From positions 241 through 64,240 of IMG/VR virus record IMGVR_UViG_3300010383_000010: a stretch of DNA of 64,000 bases; one strand, 5' to 3'. Below the pieces are notes generated by a model. The model saw only the letters and a list, made by a program, of their open reading frames with translations, did no database searches and had not been told where the DNA came from. The first letter of the stretch is position 1. Each line of letters begins with the position of its first letter. Both the position numbers and the translations under genes were made by a program. Origin of the DNA: a virus. Positions 53,507 through 62,087 of this stretch are shown here, piece by piece.

Positions 53507-53890
53507 TTAGTGCAGGTCGATATCCGGCACGATCGTCGTAGGCTTGAAGATGACCTTGTAGCGGTATGTGCTAACGTCAGCCCCGTCGATCTGCTCCGCG
53601 AAGTACGTCACGTTGTCGGACAGGCCAAGGAAGTGCTTCTTGTACGTGTTCGGTCCGGTCTTGCACGTTACCGTCACCTCACGCGGCCCGTCGTTGTTGC
53701 CAAGCGAGCAAAGCCCCTCGATGGACAGCATGTATTCGCCGGTAATGCCGTTGTAGAAGATGACGCGCCGGTTGATTTCAAACTGGTCCGCCGCCTTGGA
53801 AAGATTATGCGAGGCGACGTCAGCGTCACTGGTGCAGCCGGCCAGTGCCGCTGCCAACACGGCAGCGGCTGCAATCAATAGTTTCTTCAC
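53507..53890 (-). CDS. Conserved phage lipoprotein
   Basis: Lipobox LAGC; DADVASHNLSKAADQFEINRRVIFYNGITGEY, KKHFLGLSDNVTY. Confidence 0.82.
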   Translation of the reverse strand: MKKLLIAAAAVLAAALAGCTSDADVASHNLSKAADQFEINRRVIFYNGITGEYMLSIEGLCSLGNNDGPREVTVTCKTGPNTYKKHFLGLSDNVTYFAEQIDGADVSTYRYKVIFKPTTIVPDIDLH

Positions 53891-54492
53891 TTGCGCGCCC
53901 CCCACGGCTTCTTCGCGGGCGCCGCAGCAACGGGCGCCGGCCGATTGTCATTGGCGACGGCGCGCGCGTTGTCGTTGGCGGCCTTGGTCTGTTCGGGGAA
54001 CACGCCAACCTCCGGCTCGTCGTCCTTGTTCGGGTCGAAGAAGTACTTCACCTCATTGTTCGACACCATCATTGGCGAGCCGTCGTCGTTCTTGGCTGGT
54101 ACGCCGTTTTCCTTCTTCTGGTACGGCTTACCGAGGCCGATTTCCGCGAAGAACGGACGAAGATGCAAGTCTTCGCTGTCTTCGACCGGCCCCTTATGTC
54201 CGATGGCGTTGCACAGGAACGTAAACTGGCGATTGCCGAACTCTTCGCCCTTCGGCTTTTCGGTGTGGACCAGGTAGAAGCGGTCGAACACCTTCTGGTT
54301 GGCGTACTCCTCCGGCGCCCTCACGTTGTATACGACATCGAGCCGGAACAGCGTGCCCTCGATGTTGTTCTCGTTTGGCTTGGAGGACTCAATTTCCAGT
54401 TCATAGATGCCGTTAGGCAGCTTTTCATAGGAGCCGCCGCGACGCTGTTCTGCGTCTTCAACCGGGGCGAATGTACGTGCGAGTTGTGCCAT
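53887..54492 (-). CDS. DUF669-like single-stranded DNA-binding protein
   Basis: LPNGIYELEI..NNEVK..KKPW; follows AAA_24. Confidence 0.75.
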   Translation of the reverse strand: MAQLARTFAPVEDAEQRRGGSYEKLPNGIYELEIESSKPNENNIEGTLFRLDVVYNVRAPEEYANQKVFDRFYLVHTEKPKGEEFGNRQFTFLCNAIGHKGPVEDSEDLHLRPFFAEIGLGKPYQKKENGVPAKNDDGSPMMVSNNEVKYFFDPNKDDEPEVGVFPEQTKAANDNARAVANDNRPAPVAAAPAKKPWGARK

Positions 54493-54512
54493 GCGTGTTT
54501 GTCTCCTTTAGA

Positions 54513-55301
54513 TTAAGCCGCTGCGGCGGTGTTGGTGTTATCGTTGTCCGCCACCCAAAACTTGGACAGCGCCGCGTAGCCCTGCCCCTTTTTGTAGGTA
54601 ACGGTATCGGGCATGGAATAACGGTTTTTGGCCTGGTATCCCGCGCCTTCGCTAAGGTGGATTTGCCGCTCCTTGCCGCCTTCCGCGTGCGCTACGGTTT
54701 TCTTAGGCGCCACCTCTTTTTCCTTCAGCGAAACGCGATAATTGAGAAAGGCCACAATGTCGGCCTGCTCACGCACAAGCGCATTGCCGCGCTTGTGAAG
54801 CTTTACGGTGTAACGGCTGTATGGATCCGTAGTGGGCGAATCGAACCGCACGATTTCGGGGTGCGCCAGCATGACGACGTTAATCCCGGCCTGCGAAAGC
54901 GCCGCCACGCCGCCAAGGAAGTCGCGCCATTCGGTGTCGGCCTCGACGTAGCCCTTGCCATAGCCGGGTTCCTCGATGCTGCTGCAGCCAAGCCGCGCAC
55001 TGGTCGCCGCCCACACAAGATGCTCAAGGCCGTCCAGGCTGTCGATAATGACGGTCTTGAACTCGTGCTCCGTGGTGAGCAGTTCCGAAAACACCTCGAT
55101 AATGTCGTTGAACGTTTCCACCGTGCCGGGCGTTGCCATTTCAACATCGGACGGCGGACGCTCGCCTTCGGTTGGCAAATACAGCGGGCTAGGCCACTCG
55201 GCGGCCAGGCTCGTCTTACCGATGCCGTCGACGCCATAAAGCAGGACGATCGGCGGGTTGGTGGATTTGCTTGACTTAAGTGAACTAAGCGAAATTGCCA
55301 T
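54513..55301 (-). CDS. AAA_24 / Sak4-like ATPase
   Basis: LLYGVDGIGKTSLA, VIIDSLD, MLAH, AKNRY. Confidence 0.88.
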   Translation of the reverse strand: MAISLSSLKSSKSTNPPIVLLYGVDGIGKTSLAAEWPSPLYLPTEGERPPSDVEMATPGTVETFNDIIEVFSELLTTEHEFKTVIIDSLDGLEHLVWAATSARLGCSSIEEPGYGKGYVEADTEWRDFLGGVAALSQAGINVVMLAHPEIVRFDSPTTDPYSRYTVKLHKRGNALVREQADIVAFLNYRVSLKEKEVAPKKTVAHAEGGKERQIHLSEGAGYQAKNRYSMPDTVTYKKGQGYAALSKFWVADNDNTNTAAAA

Positions 55302-55486
55302 CAGCTAATGCTCCACGAATAAACCGCACCCGCGATATCGGCCAACTTCCACAGCGCCAGGCCGGTGATAAGCGCACCGGTTAGTGCGATGGTGGCGGCT
55401 GCAAGCGGCGCGGGCTGGTAGGTGTCGTCGTCTTCCGGTGCGTAGTCGGGCGGGTAGTCGGCCCAAGGTGAGTTGGGTGCAGTCAT
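55301..55486 (-). CDS. Small single-TM protein
   Basis: GGAGG RBS; hydrophobic C-terminus. Confidence 0.6.
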   Translation of the reverse strand: MTAPNSPWADYPPDYAPEDDDTYQPAPLAAATIALTGALITGLALWKLADIAGAVYSWSIS

Positions 55487-55556
55487 AAGTCCTCCATGCC
55501 GCCTACTGCGCGGTGCGCAATAGGCGGTGCTAGTGTTGCGTTGTTGTGGTGGATGG

Positions 55557-56717
55557 TTAGGCGGCTTCCGCCCAATGCTTGGCGGCTCGACGTGCGTCGA
55601 TACGCTTCATGCCAGTTGCCTTTACGATAGCCGTGGCGGCATCTTCGTAGTCGCCACTCGCCGCCAGCCGCTGCCACTCATGCTTGTACACCTTGGCTTC
55701 CTTCGCCGTGTCGACAAGCTCGTAAACGCCGAACTCCTGGCCCTTGTGCTTGCCGGCAAGCCGCCTGGCTTCCTTGGTGGCGGCCTCACGGTCGGGATGG
55801 ACGAACGGGCGGTCGGCGGGCTTGGGCTGACCATTTTCGATCAGGGCGACGATGGCGGGGCGTTTACCCGCAATCTGCTGCCAGCCGCCTTCGCCGTCAC
55901 TAACGAAAAACTTTGCGTCGCGGATCGTATACGTCTCGCGCTTGCCGCTTGTTGCGGGAGAAACAAGGCGAAGTTCGTGCTGTTCCCACTTGATGGTGTC
56001 TTCGTGCCCGTCGAAGTCCCAAATAACTCGGTATCCGTCTCCTACGATTTTGTGCACCGTGCCGGGCGTTTCGTAGTCGTTTCCGTCAATGGCATTCTCT
56101 ACCCGATCCCCAACCTTAAACTTCGGCTTGTCTTCCGCCACAGTAGCCACAGCCGGCTCGTCGACCCATTCGGCGATGAGGTCGTTCGTGCTGTCAATGT
56201 ATTTTGCAACGCCGTTTTCGTCGTAATAGCAATCAGGCGATTCCCACGCGACCCAGTCGTCGTCATGCACCTCCATCGGCCCCACCTTGCGCCCGTCGCG
56301 CGTTTTGTAGTAGCGGCCGGCCTGGATGCGCAGTTGCGGTTGCGGGGCAACTGCAACGGGTTCGAGGTCGACAGCCTCAAGCCACCACTCGTTATCGTCG
56401 TCGCCGTGGCCGTCCGCCCAATTGTTGAACGCCACGAGATACGGGACGTTGGACTCGTCATCCATAACGATGACGCCAGTTTTGCCTCTTGGCAGGTTGT
56501 TTCCGATGCACCGCACCTTGTCGCCAACGGCGAATTTCGGGGCGGGTTCGAACTCACTGCCAAAGAAGAACAGGCCTTCCGGATACTTCTCGCACCACAG
56601 GTTAGCCGCCCCGCCGTCTACGGGCTCGCCAACGATATGCGTCACAGTGCCAACCGGAATTTCATCATAATCCGTATGCAGCACGCGCACATTCATTCCT
56701 TCGCGCAGTTCCATCAC
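55557..56717 (-). CDS. Mosaic protein with repeated KOW/SH3-like modules
   Basis: KFAVGDKVRC, KFKVGDRVEN, GRYYKTRDGRKV. Confidence 0.75.
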   Translation of the reverse strand: MMELREGMNVRVLHTDYDEIPVGTVTHIVGEPVDGGAANLWCEKYPEGLFFFGSEFEPAPKFAVGDKVRCIGNNLPRGKTGVIVMDDESNVPYLVAFNNWADGHGDDDNEWWLEAVDLEPVAVAPQPQLRIQAGRYYKTRDGRKVGPMEVHDDDWVAWESPDCYYDENGVAKYIDSTNDLIAEWVDEPAVATVAEDKPKFKVGDRVENAIDGNDYETPGTVHKIVGDGYRVIWDFDGHEDTIKWEQHELRLVSPATSGKRETYTIRDAKFFVSDGEGGWQQIAGKRPAIVALIENGQPKPADRPFVHPDREAATKEARRLAGKHKGQEFGVYELVDTAKEAKVYKHEWQRLAASGDYEDAATAIVKATGMKRIDARRAAKHWAEAA

Positions 56718-57019
56718 GCCACTCCCTTTGTCTTCGTATTGGCGCGCAGCGCCTTTTCTTTCGTAAAGTCGATTACGTTCTCGCCAACGGGCGCTTCCTT
56801 CCCGCCAACCGGTTCGCCGCCGTCATCCATGCGCTGCAGCGTTACGCCGTGGAACACCTGCACAAGCCCGCTGCCGGCAAGCTGCACCGTGTACATAAGA
56901 CCGTGAATGTCAGCGCCGATAACGATACCGAACACGTTGGTGTTCAGGCGAAACTCAACCCACTCTCCGTAGTCGAAGTAACTGTCCATGCAGGTACAGT
57001 CCGTGTTGTTGTCGCTCAT
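56714..57019 (-). CDS. Hypothetical protein (SH3-like)
   Basis: GGAG RBS; FDYGEWVEF..GIVIG. Confidence 0.65.
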   Translation of the reverse strand: MSDNNTDCTCMDSYFDYGEWVEFRLNTNVFGIVIGADIHGLMYTVQLAGSGLVQVFHGVTLQRMDDGGEPVGGKEAPVGENVIDFTKEKALRANTKTKGVA

Positions 57020-57294
57020 GCTGCTCTCCGTTCCGCGCCGGCAGGCGCTCCATCCAGTATGCTTACCCGCGCCAGCGACACGTCGACGTACCGCCAGCGG
57101 GTGCTGCAAATGCAGTGGTATGGCTGGCCGCTGCGCACGCTGCGATAGGTGCGCCGGTTGTCGTTAGCCGGACGCTGCTTGTCGAAATATCGATGCAGCG
57201 CCGTGTCGGTTTCGCGCTCGGCTAGCGGCGCCTCTTCGGGAAAGATTGATGCGGCGCTGCTTGGGCGCAATACGCCGTCTGTGCCTTTAAGCAT
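57016..57294 (-). CDS. Hypothetical protein, first ORF of leftward early operon
   Basis: GAGG RBS before ATG 57294. Confidence 0.6.
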   Translation of the reverse strand: MLKGTDGVLRPSSAASIFPEEAPLAERETDTALHRYFDKQRPANDNRRTYRSVRSGQPYHCICSTRWRYVDVSLARVSILDGAPAGAERRAA

Positions 57295-57570
57295 TGTAAC
57301 CTCAGCTTGCCGCTGTGCGGCGGTTGTTTGACAAAGCCGAGGCGCGCGCGTATATAAGCGCATCCACGGCGTTCTGTAGCGGTTCGTCCTGGTACTCAAA
57401 GGCATCGGCGTTGGCGCGTCGGTGCCTTTTTAGTTGGTATGTGGGTGGCGGGGTGTGTCAAGTGGCAAAGCCACTAGGCGCCCGCTCTGCAGTATTTCCT
57501 TTCTTTCGCCTCCAGCGCTGGCGGTGTGCGCGGCCCCTTGGAACCTTTCGGCTTCGTTAGGGTTAATCAA

Positions 57571-57599
57571 TTTATACGCTTGCCTATAGTAGGCGTCAA
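57571..57599 (-). promoter_or_regulatory. Leftward early promoter
   Basis: TTGACG-N17-TATAAA. Confidence 0.8.
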
Positions 57600-57653
57600 C
57601 CCTATAGGCGCACCTATTTTACAGCGTGGCGTTGGCGTTATAGGTTTGCGTAT
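57574..57653. promoter_or_regulatory. Three putative CI operators, consensus ATAGG-N4-C(C/G)TAT
   Basis: 57574-57587 (minus), 57604-57617, 57640-57653; overlap the promoter and cI start. Confidence 0.7.
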
Positions 57654-58338
57654 GGATTACAAAGAGATGGCTATAGCCCTAGAGGCGAAATTAGGTTCAC
57701 AAACGGCTGCAGCGAAAGCCGTTGGCGTATCGCAACCGACGTTTCGAGCGTGGATGAACGGCGGCGCGATCAGCGGCGACAACATGATGGCACTGGCTGC
57801 GGCTTGCGAGTCGGCTGGCGTCATAGAGCGGCAAGAGGTGCGGTTCGTCCCCGGTCGTGGCAAGAGTCATATATTGCGCGAACTCGACAGCCTGTTTGGT
57901 GCGGGCGGCGGCGGCGTGCCGATGCTGGCCGAAACGCGCAATGGAACGACATTCGACGAAGACGCGTTCCGAGATGAGGAGTGGGCCATGCCCGCGTCCT
58001 ATCTGAATTCAGAACTTCGAGTAAAACCGAATCGCGCAATCGTGGCCGAGGTTGTCGGCGACAGCGGCTACAATCCGGAATCGCCCAACGCGCCAGGTTC
58101 GTTGCTCCCCGGAGATCGGGTCATCATTGACACCTTCGACAAGCGGCCTTCGCCGCCCGGCCCGTTTGCCGTGTTCGATGGCAATGGGCTGGTGATAAAG
58201 CTCGTCGAGCACATCACCGGCACAGATCCAGCGCGATTTCGTCTGTCCAGCCGCAACCCGGTCTATAGCCCATATGAGGTTTTAGAAGAGGAGGCGGTTG
58301 TTATTGGACGCGTGAAGGGACGAATTTCGCGCATGTAG
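57652..58338 (+). CDS. cI: CI-like repressor (HTH + S24 peptidase)
   Basis: SQTAAAKAVGVSQPTFRAW HTH; VVGDS and VIKLV catalytic Ser/Lys; VIGRV. Confidence 0.9.
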   Translation: MDYKEMAIALEAKLGSQTAAAKAVGVSQPTFRAWMNGGAISGDNMMALAAACESAGVIERQEVRFVPGRGKSHILRELDSLFGAGGGGVPMLAETRNGTTFDEDAFRDEEWAMPASYLNSELRVKPNRAIVAEVVGDSGYNPESPNAPGSLLPGDRVIIDTFDKRPSPPGPFAVFDGNGLVIKLVEHITGTDPARFRLSSRNPVYSPYEVLEEEAVVIGRVKGRISRM

Positions 58339-58381
58339 CCTATAAATTTGCCGATCTTCCTATAATTTATATGTATGCCTA

Positions 58382-58410
58382 TTGACACTATAGGCCACCA
58401 TAAGCATAAT
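58382..58410 (+). promoter_or_regulatory. Rightward early promoter with operator-like sites
   Basis: TTGACA-N17-CATAAT; ATATG-N4-CCTAT at 58369-58382 and ATAGG-N4-CATAA at 58390-58403. Confidence 0.78.
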
Positions 58411-58461
58411 GCACCCGTACAGCCTAGATGGCTGCTGGCTCCGAAGATGGAGTGCGGGAAG

Positions 58462-58689
58462 ATGGTATTACCCGACAGGATGCGAAGGGCCGCCGGTTAT
58501 AACGGCGCACCCGTTGGCGAACGGCAGGCCCTTCTTTCTGAGGGCGCCGACACAATCGAGGCGATGCTGGAAGCATTGCAGGAAGCAGAAGACGTAATCG
58601 ACGCGCTCGACAAGTCTGGTTACTCTCAATCCGATGTTCTGGCGACCGTTCGCGCCGCCATTGCACTTGCTACGCAGGCGCAATCATGA
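58462..58689 (+). CDS. Hypothetical protein
   Basis: First ORF after promoter; ATGA coupling. Confidence 0.6.
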   Translation: MVLPDRMRRAAGYNGAPVGERQALLSEGADTIEAMLEALQEAEDVIDALDKSGYSQSDVLATVRAAIALATQAQS

Positions 58690-58850
58690 CTGACTTCAAC
58701 GGCACCACCACCTTCCTCGGCACCTTCACCGGCCACAACTACCGCGCGCCGGAACCTGCGGTAACGCTGCCGCGGGCGTTGTTGGCGGGGCTGTGCATTG
58801 CGCTGTTTGTGTGCGGCGGGTTGCTTCTGGTGATAGGAGCAACGTTGTGA
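58686..58850 (+). CDS. Small single-TM protein (54 aa)
   Basis: Overlaps on both sides; hydrophobic C-terminus. Confidence 0.5.
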   Translation: MTDFNGTTTFLGTFTGHNYRAPEPAVTLPRALLAGLCIALFVCGGLLLVIGATL

Positions 58851-59050
58851 GGTACTGCCCGCGATGCTCAAACTTGATACTTGCCGGTTCTACGACTGGC
58901 GAAAGTGGCATCTATGGTTCGCATGACATCCCCGACTTATGCGAACCATGCCTTCACGACGAAGACGAAGAAATAGACGCGGCCGGCACCAACAATCTGC
59001 CCGATACGCTCGCTTGGTATCGTCGCAATATGGCAGCACTCCAATGCTAA
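58847..59050 (+). CDS. Small CxxC protein
   Basis: GGAG RBS, GTG start; CPRC..CEPC. Confidence 0.55.
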   Translation: MRYCPRCSNLILAGSTTGESGIYGSHDIPDLCEPCLHDEDEEIDAAGTNNLPDTLAWYRRNMAALQC

Positions 59051-59478
59051 CAGCCCCCGAAGAATCCGAACTGCGCGCCATCCTTACGCTAACCCGTGGC
59101 TGCGAAAAATCACTCAGCACCAAGCAGACGGCATTCATGTTCGCCGCCCTCGCCGACAGGCTGGACAATTTCATTGAAGAACACGGCGAGCTGCTTGGCG
59201 GCGGCGTGTTTCCCACCAACCGTTGCCCGTTATTGCCGCGCAATAACCCACAACCATTTTCAGGAGCACACCATGAACCGCCTAACCGTACAGGAATTTA
59301 TCGCACAGGGCATGACGCCCGCGCAGATCGCAAGCATTGCTGCGGCGTATCCCGCCAACCGCGAACTGCGTGCCGTTGCCGACGAGGTTGCATTACAGAC
59401 CGGCCTTCCGGGCGGATATGTGCGCAGGTACAACGACGGCATAGAGCGAGCCGCGCGGCGAGCCAAGCCCGGCAATGA
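59044..59478 (+). CDS. Hypothetical protein (3' part overlaps next gene)
   Basis: ORF from ATG 59044; long out-of-frame overlap lowers confidence. Confidence 0.4.
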   Translation: MLTAPEESELRAILTLTRGCEKSLSTKQTAFMFAALADRLDNFIEEHGELLGGGVFPTNRCPLLPRNNPQPFSGAHHEPPNRTGIYRTGHDARADRKHCCGVSRQPRTACRCRRGCITDRPSGRICAQVQRRHRASRAASQARQ

Positions 59479-59530
59479 CAACCGCCGTAGTCGCGATAGC
59501 GGCCAGCCGCGCAATCGGAGGGCTGCGTGA
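59273..59530 (+). CDS. Hypothetical protein
   Basis: AGGAG RBS; GTGA overlap with next gene. Confidence 0.65.
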   Translation: MNRLTVQEFIAQGMTPAQIASIAAAYPANRELRAVADEVALQTGLPGGYVRRYNDGIERAARRAKPGNDNRRSRDSGQPRNRRAA

Positions 59531-60237
59531 TGGACGGCAACATGGAAACAATCGACGGCGTAGAAACTGGTAATACAGTGGCGCCAAACTACCTCGCCGC
59601 CTCACAGGAGCCGGCGCCGATGTTGACGCCCGAACAGGAAGCCGAGATCGTCGCAGACATCAATTCTGGGCGGTGGCCGTACCTGCAACCGTCAAGCGGA
59701 GAAGGCCCGCCAGTTGTCGCCGCTCCCGTCCCTCCCGTAATGGGGGAGGATGCCTCTATCGGCGATCTGCTGGCGAAGGCCAACGAGAAGATCAACGCTG
59801 AACTCCAAGAAACCGAGGCCGCGTTGCTCTCTGTGGCGAAGCCGTGCGGGGTGAAGGCGCTGGAGTGGCCGAACCATTGTGACGAGACTGTTCCACAGGC
59901 GCTCCGCTATCTAGCGGACCATGACCGGCCGTCTGGTGGCGAGCAGCGGTTCAATTCCGCGCACCTGTATCAACTTGCTGGCGAGATCGAGCAGGCCGTC
60001 ACCCTCTCCCATCCTGCGCAGGGGTGGCGGGAGATGGACAGCGCGCCGAAGGACGGGACCGAGTTCCTAGCTGCGTGGAAGCATCGTATCGGCAACGGAC
60101 ATACGATCTTCATCGTCAGTTGGAAGGACCGCTACGGATGGGTAGACCAGGACCGCAACCCGTTTCCCAGCGATCCTGATTTGTGGTCGCCTATCGCTCT
60201 CCCCTCCGCTCCCGCTGGAGGAAGCGGCAATGAGTAA
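59527..60237 (+). CDS. Hypothetical protein with DUF551-like C-terminus
   Basis: WREMDSAPKDGTEFL..PDLWSP. Confidence 0.7.
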   Translation: MMDGNMETIDGVETGNTVAPNYLAASQEPAPMLTPEQEAEIVADINSGRWPYLQPSSGEGPPVVAAPVPPVMGEDASIGDLLAKANEKINAELQETEAALLSVAKPCGVKALEWPNHCDETVPQALRYLADHDRPSGGEQRFNSAHLYQLAGEIEQAVTLSHPAQGWREMDSAPKDGTEFLAAWKHRIGNGHTIFIVSWKDRYGWVDQDRNPFPSDPDLWSPIALPSAPAGGSGNE

Positions 60238-60490
60238 GCTGACTGAAGCGCAGCGGCGCAATCTTGAACACGTTCGCGATCACGGTCAGTCTACGCCAGG
60301 AAGCAGGGCGGCGTACAAATGCCGCATGGCGGGTTGGTCCGTTTTCGTTTGGCGGTTCGGAGACGGAAAAATAGCGACAATCGCAGAAAACCCGCCATAT
60401 CCAGGGCGAGAACTCATCGAAGTTGTCGGCGAACGTTTGACCGAAGCCGGCCGTCTCGCCTTGGCCGAGGAGGGGCGGGACAATGGCTAG
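60230..60490 (+). CDS. Hypothetical protein
   Basis: KLTEAQRRNL..LTEAGRLAL pattern. Confidence 0.7.
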   Translation: MSKLTEAQRRNLEHVRDHGQSTPGSRAAYKCRMAGWSVFVWRFGDGKIATIAENPPYPGRELIEVVGERLTEAGRLALAEEGRDNG

Positions 60491-61511
60491 TTCGAGCGAG
60501 AGTCACGGCAGCTACGATCTGAATGATGCCGCTGCGCCCATGACCCGGGACATCGACAAGCTGGTGGAGCGCGTCAATCGGATGGCAGCGGGCAATCCCT
60601 ACGAAAGTGGTGACTTTCTGCGCTCGGTCTCTGATGCCCTCGCCACCCTCGCCAAGAGGCTGGAGGAAGCGGAGAAGGTGATCCGGCCTTTTGCTGCGCT
60701 CGCACACGCCGAGTACGACGACGTTCCGAACGTAGTTGGCGTGTCGCTAACTTTCGACAACGGCGAGGAGTTGGGCGCATTGCCATTTGGCGATCTGCGC
60801 GCAGCCCGCCGCTGGATGGAGGGCAAGCAGATGAACGACATACCTGAAACAGTCGAATGGCTCTACAACCAGAGCAAGACGGCACTAGTTGACCGCATCG
60901 GCCGTCTCCGTGCCGAGCTTGAGGCAGTGACGGCGGGGCAGCAACAATATCTGATTGAGCTTTCCAAAAAGCTTGGCGGATTGTCTCGCTACATCAATGA
61001 GCAGGGCGATTATCGATCCGACGACGATTGGGCTTCATTCCTTCTCGCTCGAGCGGAAGACCTACTCCACAGCGAAGGCGATCAACGTCGTCGCGCCAAC
61101 GCCGCCGAGGATGCTCGCATCACTACGGCTGATGTGGCGTCTCGCATCCTCATTCGTGCCGAAGCCGCCGAAGCCCGCGCGGCGCAGTTGGAGGCTGAGA
61201 ACGGGCGGTTGCTCGACGAGATAAAACGCCTCAAAACGCCTGACAATTACTGGGATTGGGATGATCCGGAAAGCGGGTACGACAATTTCCAAGAGCCAGT
61301 CCAGAGCGCCGACATGGGCGCGGTTGTCCGGCTGCTGACCGGGAAGACCCTTGGGACCGTGTGGGCGACCACTCGCGTCCTGACCGTCGATGAAAACGGC
61401 GATTGGGATGATTCGGAAATCGTCTGCTTCGACACCAAAGAAGAAGCGGAGCGTTGCTGGCCGGAAAGCCTTGAAGCTGCCCGCGCCACGCTAACCGGGC
61501 GGGAGGGGTAG
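60483..61511 (+). CDS. Coiled-coil hypothetical protein (possible internal start at 60831)
   Basis: 342-aa ORF; GGAGGG before internal ATG. Confidence 0.7.
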   Translation: MASSSESHGSYDLNDAAAPMTRDIDKLVERVNRMAAGNPYESGDFLRSVSDALATLAKRLEEAEKVIRPFAALAHAEYDDVPNVVGVSLTFDNGEELGALPFGDLRAARRWMEGKQMNDIPETVEWLYNQSKTALVDRIGRLRAELEAVTAGQQQYLIELSKKLGGLSRYINEQGDYRSDDDWASFLLARAEDLLHSEGDQRRRANAAEDARITTADVASRILIRAEAAEARAAQLEAENGRLLDEIKRLKTPDNYWDWDDPESGYDNFQEPVQSADMGAVVRLLTGKTLGTVWATTRVLTVDENGDWDDSEIVCFDTKEEAERCWPESLEAARATLTGREG

Positions 61512-61718
61512 ATGGAGCCGCTTGACGACACCGACGACTACCGTGACGGCGTCCTGTTCCGCTTCTGGATTCGCGCAGCGGCATATCCTGGCGGATGGCC
61601 GGGGCGGCTCTCGCAACTCATCCAAGAAGAAACCACGAAGGAGGGCCACGCCTCGCCAGCCGCATATCGGCGTGCGTTGACGATGCTGGCAATCGAGAAG
61701 GGGGTAAATCTGCCATGA
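61512..61718 (+). CDS. Hypothetical protein
   Basis: GGAGG RBS. Confidence 0.6.
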   Translation: MEPLDDTDDYRDGVLFRFWIRAAAYPGGWPGRLSQLIQEETTKEGHASPAAYRRALTMLAIEKGVNLP

Positions 61719-62032
61719 CTGACACGCTACCCTCATGGGCGATAGAGCAGGCGCGGGAGGTGGCGCTACGCTGGTTTCACCCGTCGATGGTCGGACACGT
61801 CCGCCTTCGGGATGCCATCGCCACCGCCCTCACCCTCGCCTACCAGCAAGGCAAGCAGGACGGGCAGCGGGAGATGCGCGAGCAGGATGCGAAGGTGGCG
61901 GCGGGCAACTCGTCTGAATTCGACTTCCTCACCGCTCTCGAAGAATGTCGAGACAGCGAATACGGCTTTCATTCGGGCCGACTTCATGCCTCCCAAGCCA
62001 TCCGCGCCCTCGGAGGCTCCGATGCCGGCTGA
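61715..62032 (+). CDS. Hypothetical protein
   Basis: ATGA overlap; AIATAL..ASQAIRAL pattern. Confidence 0.6.
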   Translation: MTDTLPSWAIEQAREVALRWFHPSMVGHVRLRDAIATALTLAYQQGKQDGQREMREQDAKVAAGNSSEFDFLTALEECRDSEYGFHSGRLHASQAIRALGGSDAG

Positions 62033-62087
62033 GCGCAAGGAGGCGGTAAGGGCGTGGGTGACTGTGCAAAGTGCCAAGGAGATAAAT

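Noticed and set aside
57315-57430. Cro-like ORF in the leftward leader
   Set aside because: The minus-strand open frame (AFEYQDEPLQNAVDALIYAR) has an upstream TGA, no start codon before it and no HTH pattern
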